64,000 nucleotides of DNA, taken from contig MU058153.1 of assembly GCA_013265495.1 (NCBI GenBank), positions 1,800,001-1,864,000 of the forward strand, in the 5' to 3' direction. Under the pieces are notes generated by a model. That model made no database searches. It saw only the letters and a list, made by a program, of their open reading frames with translations, and was not told the origin of the DNA. Positions 52,620 to 64,000 of this stretch are shown here, piece after piece. The stretch's first letter is position 1, and each line of letters starts with the position of its first letter. Source of the DNA: Vicugna vicugna. Taxonomy: Eukaryota. The translations under genes were made by a program, and so were the position numbers.

Positions 52620-53000
52620 TCAATTCATCTAATCAAAATATATTTATTCTACTATGTTTAATGTACTCTGCTAGAGCGGGGAGAAAACTGAGATGGCTAA
52701 GATTCTTTCTCAAGAGCTTACTGTCTCACAGGGGGAGATGAATATGTAAACAATGCAAGAAAGTATTATAAGTGCTATTAATAGAAATACACATAGGGAA
52801 TTATTGAGTGTATCGAAGGTATGTGACTCACAAAAAGGAGCGCGTGCTTAGTCTAAGTCTTGAAAGGTGGATATACGTTTACAAGGTGAAAAAATACAGG
52901 AGACATAAATACACTGTGAGAAAAAATATTAAAATGCGGAAAGCTTGGTGTATTTGGAAACTACGAGTAGTAATTTGACATGGATGTATCATAGGTGAAA
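52620..53000 (-). mobile_element. L2 fragment
   Basis: 'aatcaaaatatatttattctactatgt...ttctcaagagcttactgtct...ttataagtgctattaatag'. Confidence 0.6.
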
Positions 53001-53019
53001 CTCTTAGGTGGGTAGGTGT

Positions 53020-54010
53020 TGCATTTTAAATTCCTATTTCTCTTTGTTCTGCATCACCAATTTTCCCACTCAAGCAATTTTTTTCTGATGGCCATACAAA
53101 TCTGCCCAACTGTAGTATCTCTCAATTCTGTAAATCCTCTTGACTTCACTTACCATCAGCATCATCACACTATCTCCTTTCTTGTAGAGCAAAACTCAAG
53201 AACGCTGTCTATACGTGTCGTCTCAAAATTTCTGTCTTCTCACTCTCTTTTGAAGCCACTGTAGTCAGGTTTCAACACCCACTCTCCAACCAAACTGCTA
53301 TTTTCAAAGTCTCCAGTGATGACCATGAGGGTAAGACCAATGATGAGTTCTCAACTCTTTTCCTACTTGGCCTGTCACTAGCATTTGACATAGTTGATCA
53401 CTCCCCCCAGGAAATAGTTTCTTTACTAGATTTCCAAGACAATACATTCCCCAGAACTCTTCCTTAATGACTTCTTCTTGTCACTAACTTTTGCCTGCTC
53501 ATAGTCATCTCCCAAGTTTCTATAAGGTTCAATCCTTGAACATTTTTTCTCATTTTTTTAAACAAAATTTATTTCCTTGACTAGTTTATCTAGTCTCACA
53601 GTTTCATATGCCATCAATGTATTGACAAGCCCAAATTTATATTTCCAGCTCTGTTTCCTGAACTTCAGCTTCATATACCCAGCTGCCAACTCAGCTGTCC
53701 AGTTGATATATAACATGTGTCCCACACTTGACATGTTTAAAACCTCCAATCTGCCCCCAGTCCCATCACAATCTGCTTCTCCTGCCCTCATTTTTGTCTC
53801 AATAAATAACCGATACATTCTTACAGTTGCTCAAGTCAGCTATCTTGAACTTGCTCTTGACACTTCTTTTACTCATGTATCCTACATTCTATGAATCAAC
53901 AAATCCTGCCATTTCTGCCTTTATGACATATTTAGATTCCAGACCTTTTTCACAACCTCTATCACTATCATCATAGTTCAAGCCTCTGTTATCTCTCAAA
54001 TGAATTATCT
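53020..54010 (+). mobile_element. L2a LINE fragment including the RT motif
   Basis: 53363-53401 translates LLGLSLAFDIVDH, close to the L2/CR1 RT motif LLDLSAAFDTVDH. It is followed by typical L2 3' sequence. Confidence 0.8.
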
Positions 54011-54531
54011 ATCTCTCAGATTACCTGAAATTTTAGGTTGTTCATCTCAAGGCTGTTACCTACTTACTGGGTGATGTTTTATGAGTCACAATCATCTCTC
54101 TCTGCCTCATTCATTCCCCTTATCTGCATAGTGGGTGTCAAAATGATCACCTCAAAGGTTAATTGTGAAGAAAAATCCTAACAGTCTGAAAGGAATAGAT
54201 ATTCAATAAGCATGATTGTGTTTTTTCACTCTCTTGCCTTCAAAATTAGCCTCAACTCTTTCTCATCCCCGAATGACATCTTTTGAAGCCTGACTGAGAT
54301 TAGAGTAGTAGAAATAGATTCCAATCAGTATACATTTCTAGAGTCTCAAAATATGTTTCTATGTAGTATTTTTGCCTATTATTAATAGCAATATTTTTCT
54401 TCAATAATAATAATCTTACTGAGGAGATTGGGGTAGACTGCCTAATGGATGGAGAACAATAGGTTTTCACACAAATTGGATAGCTTCTCAACACCTGCTA
54501 CTGAATCAGCAACATATCAGTGGTGACTTAG

Positions 54532-55325
54532 AAATACTGGGAGGCTGTGGAGAAAAGGGAACCCTCCTACACTGTTGGTGGGAATGCAGTTTGGTGCAGC
54601 CACTGTGGAAAACAGTATGGAGATTCCTCAAAAGACTAGAAGCAGACTTGCCATATGACCCAGGAATCCCGCTTCTGGGTATATATCCAGAAGGAACCCT
54701 ACTTCAAAATGACCTGCACCCCAATGTTCATAGCAGCACTGTTTACAATAGCCAAAATATGGAAACAGCCTAAATGTCCATCAACAGATGACTGGATAAA
54801 GAAGAGGTGGTATATTTATACAATGGAATACTATTCAGCCATCAAAACCGACAACATAACGCCATTTGCAGCAACATAGATGTTCCTGGAGAATGTCCTT
54901 CTAAGTGAAGTAAGCCAGAAAGAGAAAGAAAAATACCATATGAGATTGCTCATATATGGAATCTAAAAAAAAACCAAAAANNNNNNNNNNNNNNNNNNNN
55001 NNNNNNNNNNNNNNNNNNNNNNNNNNNNNNNNNNNNNNNNNNNNNNNNNNNNNNNNNNNNNNNNNNNNNNNNNNNNNNNNNNNNNNNNNNNNNNNNNNNN
55101 NNNNNTAGAATAGATAGATTATACTGAATAGCACAGGGAAATATATACAAGATCTTATGGTAGCTCACAGAGAAAAAAATGTGACAATGAATATATATAT
55201 GTTCACGTATAACTGAAAAATTGTGCTTTACACTGGAATTTGACACAACATTGTAAGATTATTATAACTCAATAAAAAATGTTAAAATAAAATTAAATTA
55301 AATTAAAGCAAAAAAAAAAAAAGAA
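54532..55325 (+). mobile_element. Young 5'-truncated L1 (camelid-like 3'UTR) with poly(A), spanning an assembly gap
   Basis: ORF2 C-terminus ([41 protein letters not shown]), AATAAA and A-tail. Possible TSD 'agaaatactggg'/'agaattacggg' at a TT/AGAA endonuclease site. Confidence 0.9.
54981..55105. other. Assembly gap (125 N)
   Basis: Run of n. Confidence 1.
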
Positions 55326-57210
55326 AGAATTACGGGTACCCACCTGAGGGATTGTTACATAGCAATGTTGTTAAAGAGGCACAGGAGATTTTAGAGTTCA
55401 AATCATAACATATAAACTCTGTGACATGAAAGAAAAGGCTAGATTTGTATGCATGTAGGGTCTCTATCCAAAAGACCTGGGTTTGAGTCCTTAATTATCT
55501 TGGTTCAGACACTTAACTGCTTCTGAGTCTCAATCTGTGAACTTGAAATTATAATTTTTTTCAGAATTGCTGTAGATATCAAGTGGATTAATGTGATAGG
55601 TATGTTCTAAACAGTGAAGCAAATGTTAATCAAATAGCATTATGTTAAATAAGATTAGCTCAACTATGTGCGCGTGTGTGTGTACATACATACTTATAAT
55701 GGACCAATCATTAGTGATTCAAGAATATTTGAGAGCAATCTACTGGTCAGTGAAGACAGAGAATAGACAAGTTTGTAAATAAACATGAAACAGTGTGAAG
55801 GTACAATCTTCTTTCATAAACTGATTCTTTTAAAATTTTATTATGCAGGACGTTCTAAGCACCAATATATGGGAGCACATCCATGATCTTATTTTAATTT
55901 TACCCATTTGCATATCATTGAATCACTCTCCTATGTAAGGCAGTAATCTTTGATGACCTTTTCCAATAGTTTCCATTTGATTTAGGAAGGATTGTCTTGC
56001 ATTTTGAATGGCATGGATGGCCATGTGCTGTCTATTATTAGTTTTTTAATAGGTGATACTTGCTTTTTAACCCTAAGATTTGTGTCCCTTCAGGTATAAC
56101 TAATTCATCAGGCTTAGATAATATATTTTCTACTATTTTAAACTTGAGCTACTGAAGGGAAATACTGCTTAAAACTTACATATTGCAGGGATTCAACATA
56201 TATTATTGAAATGAGAATTGGTAAAGGGCAAAACTGAAGCACTTATTTGCTCATGTTATCAAATTTCTTTTTGAATGGCCACTATATTAGTGACACTGAG
56301 TCTTTTGCTAAGCTTTTAATTGTTTTTCACTTCTCTAGGTATTTCTAATGATTAATCTTGACTTTGAAACTGCTAAATTGCCTACTAGTGATCAATTAAA
56401 TTTTATAATTATTTCACTATAATTGTATACATCATGTGATATATAGCTATATATAAATATATGTATATATATCATAGAGCCTTGGTTTGGGTAATAATAT
56501 GAAGTTCATTTAGTCCAATCCCCCAGGCAACATGAATCTCTTGTACCATTTGATACAGTTTTCACATTTGTGGGTAAACACCTCCACAAGTCAATATCCA
56601 AATGGTTGATATGAAACAGAAACATATGAAAACTTGGAAAAATAAAGCTAAGTGTTTTTTTTTTAATCTAGTGTAGACTAGTTTTTTTTTTAATGTTAGT
56701 AAAATTCACATGTTCTTAAAATACGTATTTTTAAAAAAAACACACAGTGATTTCAAGCTATTACTATGGCAACTATTTGCATCAGAGAACTATTTTTTTC
56801 TCAGTGCTATTTCGGTATCATTAAATCCTTGATAATGTTTTATTGTTTGGTATCTGTTAAGTCCACATGCATTTTAGCATCTATTTTACTTAACGAATTA
56901 TGTCTGACAAAAGGGAAAACTTACAGAACAGTAAACAACACTATGAATTACCTCAGGAAGCAGGAAACCACTGTGTTTGCTAGCAGCATTATGTCTTCAA
57001 ACTAATGTCACCAAGTAATTATGAACAGATTCCATTATTGGGACATATATCCTTTTTCAAATGTATTCATTATAATGAAGCAAAACGAGAGACTGGAGTA
57101 GTGAAATTGCAAAATTGCACATATTAGAGAGGCTTTTATCCTATTAAAACAAAGCAAAGGAAATGGAAAAAAGAAAAAAATTGTCCAACTATATGTAAGG
57201 GAAAAAAAAT

Positions 57211-57224
57211 GTTGCCATGGCAAC
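57211..57224. promoter_or_regulatory. Perfect palindromic RFX X-box
   Basis: GTTGCCATGGCAAC in repeat-free sequence. Confidence 0.65.
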
Positions 57225-59364
57225 CGGATGCCATTTGCAGTATTTTCTTCATTAGACAACTGAAGGTGATTCCATGGAGAAGAAAATGCCACTTAAATTT
57301 AAGATACCAATCTGATAGGCATATATATTTCTAGCTTCTCCTTGAGTGTTTACTGAAGTGCTATTTTTATTTAAGAACCACCCAGATTATTTGTTATTGA
57401 TGAAGGTTTAAGGAGGTAGGGAGATTCCTCAGAACTGAGACCATTGTGGTTCACTGTTGACTTTCACCTCCTTTTATTTCCCCACTCTAAAAGAAAAGAA
57501 AGGTATAAATAAAGAAAATCTTGCAAGAGGGAGCAATAAACTGGTCTGTTTCCCTGGCCTCTGGGGCCTCGTAAGTTCAACGTTCCATAACTTAGTTGAG
57601 TCGAGCTATCTGTATTTTTTTTTTTATCACTGACAAACACCTGTGCAATGGTGTATAGGATGCACTGTTGAATTTGATGGCTTGGGTGGTTGTCGAAAAA
57701 TGCTGAAGGTGATGCAGTTTCACCTAAATGTTCTAACCATATATCCTTGCTGCTACATGTACCTACTGGGCAGTGACAGGTTGACTTAGTAAATGGGAAC
57801 AGGAACTTCCCAACATGTCTCCGACTCCCCCAAGCACTTCTCTTGGTTACTCTTACAGCTACTGCATTCTAGTAGCTTCCTCACACAATACTCCAGCCTG
57901 ACCAAGTAGAAAGAGTACATCAATTTTGATAAACCTCTATTTCTAATTTACTAATAAACTCACCTTTCCAAATCACTGCTTCACTTGGGTTTTGGAATAG
58001 AATTCGTTTTTCACATAGAAAACTTAAGTAAAATAAATAATATTAATTTAAGTATGCAAACATATGTTCTTTATGTACTTGGTATATTTTTATACTAATA
58101 GCAGTACCTGGAAAAAAACCATTTATCCCTGTAGGTTTTCACATTTTGAAGCAAAATTAAATTGTTTAAATATTTTTAGGGTTACAAACTTTTATAAAAC
58201 TACTTGGGAAATAAAAGGATCTTAGCTTGAAGCTGCGGAGATTTTTTTCAATAATATGTAAATACTAAATATTCTTGGATGAGCATGATTTTTCTCCCTA
58301 AAGCAAAAACTGTTTGTCTCTCTGATGCTCTGTGTGGCAGCATGCCATTTAGAATGCAGTGACTTTTCACGGGAGTTGCTAAAACATGTTCAGTTTACAC
58401 TGAGCTGCTGAAATCATCTTTGTCTCAGCCCAGTGGCTAATAAAATTACAGTGTTAAGCAGTATTGAAGAAAATAACTCTGGAAATACTTTGCCGCTGCC
58501 TCTGGCTTCATGCCTGCCTGAAGATCATCAAAGCTCAACTTGGATTTCTGAAGCATTCCTATTTTTTTTTCCTTATTCTACCCTCAAAGACTTCCTAGTT
58601 TCTTAGTCCCAAATATACATGTCCAACCACAAGGTCCACTTGTTGATTCCTGATTACTTCACATCATCATGACCTTCAAACACTGGCCAACATGTCTTTC
58701 CTACCAGAATGGATTCCCTGCAAGGGTCTGAACAGCACGGTTGGAATTACTTCATAAACCTCACATGTGTCTTTTTCCTGAGACTCTTGAATTTGAAGAG
58801 CTATGTATTCTCACGCTAAGTACTAAGAACCCATGGGAGACCAGTAAATCATTGCTTGTGAGTTTATTTGCATTTGTGGATTCAGGAAATAGTTATAGAC
58901 GGTTACTTTTCAGCTGGTAGTAAGGAGGAACAAAGGGACCTAAAAAAGTGATCGCTCTTCTCTACCTGCTTCTCCTTGTATTTTCACATGCCATCCTAAA
59001 ACAACACAATAGATAATATATCCGTTGAACAGTTCTGTTGATAGAGCTAGGTATGAGGGAGAGAGATGGAGAGCTGAACTTGTACGTGGAGTTGAATACA
59101 TTGATACAAACCAAAGTTCAGGAAGGGGTGAATTCTATTTTCTTCCCCATTTTAGCAGCCCCCATCTTTGTACAAGATGACAGCATGTACTTTTCTTGAA
59201 AAAGCAGTGACATTTATGATTTCATTAACAATCTCAAATGAATAACAATAATGGAATATTGTTAAGTTACTCAGTACAAGGATCCAAACATGGTAACAAT
59301 GGAAATAATGTGCTTATTTTAAAAAGAGAGAGAAAAACAAGCTGTTGAGGGGATTAAATCAAAG

Positions 59365-59920
59365 TGGTTGAGTGAGCTCTGATGCCAATCAAACCTCAAT
59401 TCCTGTCTAACTTGCAATGCTTTTCAGCTGCATGATTTCAGGCATGTTATTTTAGCTTCCCTGAGCCTCAGTTTTCTCATTTTTAATGCCGAGATAATAA
59501 CAATAACATTGTCAGAAGACTCATGTGAGCAATAAATGGGTAAAATGCGCATTAGACACTAAGAATGACTGGTGCCAATGTTAAAAATTGCCAGTACCAT
59601 CATATTTTCAACATTGTTGTTTTTATTTGCATTATGACTGTAACTTTGGCCAGAAAAGTTAGCTTTAAATATTGGTAAATGGTGAAGACTCAAGGTTAAG
59701 AGTGAAGACTCAGAAGTTAGACTGTCTGCTTTTAAATCACTCCTTCCCATAAAAGAGCTTAATGATCTTACACACTTCTCTTAATCTTCTAAGCCCAGCT
59801 AATCATTTACCCATCTGATAGAATTATAGTGAAGACTGACTGATAGAAACTGTTTCCTGGCACACAGTAGGGACCTACAGCTCTTAGTTTTCACCCCAGT
59901 ATTATTACTGCTATTAATAT
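59365..59920 (+). mobile_element. Two adjacent MIR SINEs (~59365-59570, ~59690-59920)
   Basis: 'cttccctgagcctcagttttctcatt' and 'ggttaagagtgaagactcagaagttagactgtc'. Confidence 0.65.
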
Positions 59921-61812
59921 TATTGCATAGGATATTATTTTGAGTTTTTCCCCTCTCTTACAGCCTCTTATCTCAAATTTACATACCACACATTAAGGCA
60001 ATGGTTAGGTATTCTCTGCTAATTGCCCGAGAGAAAAATAACAGATAAGTAGAGACTGATTTACTACATTTTGAGTTTTATTCTCTTTTTACATTTATTG
60101 AAATATAATTTACATACAATATATCTTCTTTTTAAATCTATAGTCCAACAAGTTTGGACAAATGTATATACCTGGGAACCATCACCATAGGTTTTTGGGG
60201 TTTTTAAGTTGATTTTGAACTAATGGCATGAAAATAGTTTTTAGTAGAAAAAATAACTTGAAAGGCACACTTTTGAAATAACTGGGATTCACCTTCATAA
60301 ACCCTGCACGAGGCAGAACATTATATTTTTGCCCTTAACAACAGACATCAAAGACTATCTGACTCATGTTAGAGAAAACTTTTTTAGTCTAACTGTTGGG
60401 ATAAGAAGAATCCGTGAATGGATCCTTTGTCCTGCCTTCCAGCCAAGGTAGGGTGAGAAGTTGAGAGGCGTGGCAGAAACTCCACAGAGGTTTGGAGGCT
60501 GGAAAAGCAGGGGACTCCCTGGGAGAACCCAGGAGGGCAGCCGGCCTCACAGAGTACCTGCATGCACGGCATGCTTTAGGAGCAGGGAAACAGAGATGGC
60601 CAAGTTAGATACACAGGCAATGGGTCTGTGACATATTAGCATTCCGTGAACTCCAATGTCGTGAGAAAACAGTGATGTGGTACTTGAATGCTCCATAAAT
60701 GCAGTGCTTGAGAGAGAGCCAGAGCTGAGAGGCCTGTGGTCAAGAATGTACCTGTAGACCAGTGGTTAAAGAACAGATGGAACTGGGGTGTCTCAGTTAT
60801 TTATGTGGATGGACAAAATGTTTTTTAGAGAGACAGTGCGTATTTAGGTGTATTTCAGCATAGAGAGGTAGCAGTGACTGAGGGCCAGGTAGCTACCTTC
60901 CTCTCCAATGCTTCAGCAATCAAACAGCTCCCAAGAGACTTTAGAACAAAACACACACAGAGTAAGTCAAGAGGGGAAACTCTCAAGTCACTGAGTCCTT
61001 GAATTGGCCAAACCTAAATTTTCAAATCCTGTTGGAATTGAGGCTTAAATTGAAAATTTCATTTTATTATATGGGGGAATAATTTTATTTGTACATCTGG
61101 TTTGTGGCACAAGATTTACTATACCTGATATATTATTTGTAAATGGAAACACATTTCTGGGAAAGGAGGGGATAGGGGTAAGAATGAGATAGATTTCTCG
61201 CATCTCAGTGAAGATTTCTTATATCCTGAAGTCCTGGAAAAAAAGTGGAGTTTTTTAAAAAATGACAAGAAGAATGCTTTGCTTTGTTGATTACACAGTA
61301 TGATATTTTTGTACCTGTCATCCAGTTATTGATATGTTGGTAACATACCTAAAATATCATTCCTTTTGTTTAGCTTTGCTGATTGCATTTCATATACTCA
61401 TCACATGACAAGCTTTAATTTGCTGACCACTATTAACCCTGGGTTTCTTTTCCCTACTCCTTTTTTTTTTTTCTGTTTTTTTTTTCCCAGTTCATATATT
61501 TTTCTATCCATTAAACCAAAATTGTTGATGAGAGACTTTTCAACAGAGACAGAATCATTCTTCCAGAATGCCTCCTTTGAATATCAGTGTTTGGGAAATA
61601 AGCACTTAGACTTAAATGTGAATTACAACAGAAAAGAATCACTCAGGAAAGTAAAATTTCAGAGGATACACAGTCAAAGGAAAAACCTACAAATAAACAA
61701 TAATACAATTCTTATTTACTCAAGTGAATTAGGTAAACAGTATCTTCTAAGCTTTCTTCTGTTTAGTAAATAATTTAACAGCGGCAGTTTTATTACCTGT
61801 CAAAAATAATGA

Positions 61813-62660
61813 TTTGGTATTGTGGCTGTTGGGATTCAGAATATGTTACCCAAAATGTGCTACTGTGGCATATTGATTATTGTGGAATGAAAAATATTTG
61901 AGAAACAAGCAGTACAAGGACACTATGAACCTCCCTTTGTCTTCCTGAAACAAAAGATAAATCTCCAATGTGAAAGGTGCTCTTCCTGTAACAAAAGGGG
62001 GGAAGGTAACTTCATGAGCAGAGACAGAGATTTCAGTCCCACCTCTCCCACCTCCTGACCTCCAGGGAGGGGAGAGAGGATAGAGGTTGAATCAATCGCC
62101 AATGGCCAGTGACGTAATCCATCATGCCTCTGTGATGAAACCTCCATAAAAACTCAAAAGGACAAGGTTCAGAGAGCTCTGGGGTTGGTGTGTACACGCC
62201 GATGCCGAGAGAGTGGCCCCCCCAGAGGGGGCATGGAGACTCCACCACTCTTCCCATATTGCTTCCCCTGCGCACCTCTTTCATCTGGCTATTCCTGAAT
62301 TATATCCTTTTTTAATAATAAACCATTAATCTAGGAGGTAAAATGTTTCTCTGAGTTCTGTGAGCTTCTCTAGAAAATTCATCAAGCTCAAGGAAGGTGT
62401 CATTAGAACCTCCAGCCTATACTAGGTTGGCGAGAAGCGCGGTTAACAACGTGGGCTTGTGATTGGCATTTGAAGTGTGTGCGGGTAGAGCAGTCTTATA
62501 GGACTGAGCCCTTACCCTGTGGGATCTGATGCCATCTCCAGGTAGATGGTGTCAGAACTCAGTTGAATTTTAGAATACCTAACTGATGTCCAAAATGTGG
62601 GAACTTTCCCCTAACCCCAAATACACAACATATATTGGAATTAATTGGTGATCAGAAAGC
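61813..62660 (+). mobile_element. Composite ERV LTR: MER34/39-like part (~61827-62030) joined to a MER21-like part (~62030-62660)
   Basis: 'tgttgggattcagaatatgttacccaaaat...ggcatattgattatt' then 'aatcaatcgccaatggcc...aacctccataaaaactc...tttctctgagttctgtgagc...gggatctgatgccatctccaggtagatggtgtcagaa'. Confidence 0.7.
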
Positions 62661-62820
62661 TGAAAAGGCATTTCGCGCAGTAAGCTTTGGATTTTGACAA
62701 ATGCAGGCTTTAAATCCGAGTTTGCCAAAGGAAAGTTGTGAAATCTTTTTTTTTTCTAATTTGTCAACCCTAATACGCTTCAGTTTCATCCTCAATAAAA
62801 TAGCGATCATGATATCTACC

Positions 62821-63273
62821 TTCCGGAGGGTGAATGGTTGTCCTCCAAAATATACGTCCAGCATCTACTTCTCAGAACCTGCGAACGTTACCTTCTTTGG
62901 AAAAAGAGTCTTTGCACATGGAACAAAAGTAAGAATCTTGAGATGAAATCATCCTGAGTGGGCCCTAAGTCCAATGACAAGTGTCCTTATAAAAGTATGG
63001 CAAAGAGAAATTCAGTACAAAAAGAGGAAGAGACAATATGACCACTGAAGCAGAGACTGGAGTGATGGGGCCATGAATCAAGGAATGAGGACACACCCAG
63101 AGCTGGAAGAGGCAAAGAATGCATTCTTCCCCACAGCTTCCAGAGGGAGGAAGAACCTGCTGAAAACTTGATTTTAGACTTCCAGCCTTTAGAGCTGTGA
63201 GACAGTACATTCCTATTGCTTTAAGTTGTTCATTGTAGTACTTTGTGACAGCAGCGCTAGGAAATTCTATACA
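62821..63273 (+). mobile_element. MLT1C-like solo LTR inserted into a MIR
   Basis: 'gaacctgcgaacgttaccttctttggaaaaagagtctttgca...gaagcagagactggagtgatg...cagcagcgctaggaaattctataca'. MIR halves lie at ~62670-62820 and ~63274-63340. Confidence 0.85.
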
Positions 63274-63574
63274 CAGAGTCGCTGTGAGGACTAAATGAAA
63301 CAATGCAGAGCTCTTGAAAAAATAAGCCTTAGCAATGAGATACACACATAACACATATATACAGAAGTAATTCCAGAGGTTCCTTGCCAGTAATATTTAT
63401 GCTGCTATGACTAAAAGGTCTGTTTCTATGTTTGCCTCATCCAGTTTGTTTTCCTCTATCAGCCTGGTACTGCTTGCTTTGTAGTTTTTGTTTGTTTTTA
63501 ATTTAGCTCTCAATTGTTACAGTGTCTACCGCAAACTAAGGCTTTTAAACCAAGTAGCTGTTTGGTACATTGGA

Positions 63575-63810
63575 CTGGATGTGAGATTTTGACTAGGAAT
63601 CAGACCAAACTGCAGTCTCATTTCACTACCTCCTGTAGCTACCCCGGTGTTGGGGCAAGTATCATGTTCTCTTTCTAATTCATCCCCTCACCTAAGAAAT
63701 GAGGGTAGTGCCATCCATTTTATGGGGTCACTGTGAGGATTAGCGAAAATGACATTCAAGTGCCCCCAGCATGATAAACACTAAATAGGTTGCGATGCTT
63801 TTGCTCTCAT
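63575..63810 (+). mobile_element. MIR SINE
   Basis: 'ggaatcagacc...tggggcaagtatc...aagaaatgagggtagtg...ctgtgaggattag'. Confidence 0.6.
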
Positions 63811-64000
63811 CATGCGTGTGTACATTTTCCCGGGGTTTTGCTTTTTAATTCAAGGAATCACTAACTGTATAAAATCAGAATTATGCTCAATTACAGCTGA
63901 AACGCCTGCTTCAAGGTGGCCTCAAACTTTTTTCTGAAAGCACTCTATTTGTGCTTTTACTCCTTTTGTTTTTTTAATTGAAGTATATATAGTCTGTTAC

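Noticed and set aside
54901..55246. ORFs containing X runs
   Set aside because: Artefacts of translating through the N gap.
57641..57723. Possible 83-nt minus-strand exon (tttag|GTGAAA...CACAG|gtgttt)
   Set aside because: No polypyrimidine tract, a weak donor and no recognisable peptide.

Overview
AT-rich mammalian genomic DNA that is intergenic or deep intronic. I cannot support any protein-coding exon, tRNA, rRNA or CRISPR array. About half the window is recognisable interspersed repeat: MIR, L2, old L1M fragments, MaLR (MLT1), ERVL and ERV1 LTRs, hAT-Charlie MITEs, and a few younger L1 3' ends of cetartiodactyl type. I saw no Alu, B1/B2, Bov-tA, PRE-1 or Can-SINE, so a camelid-like host is plausible; this is inference. 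The only protein-like ORFs are decayed L1 ORF2 pieces (43390-44025, 54591-54879) and an L2 RT motif. There is a 125-N assembly gap at 54981-55105. Three non-coding signals stand out. (1) A MER121-like ancient conserved element at 15747-16089 carries consecutive hairpins and an H-type pseudoknot or two-state switch just upstream of AATAAA. (2) A ~1.3 kb CpG-retaining patch centred on an MLT1 LTR (20341-21660) is a candidate germline-hypomethylated promoter or enhancer. (3) There is one perfect palindromic RFX X-box and two further X-box matches. All repeat family names are from recalled consensus sequences, and repeat boundaries are approximate.
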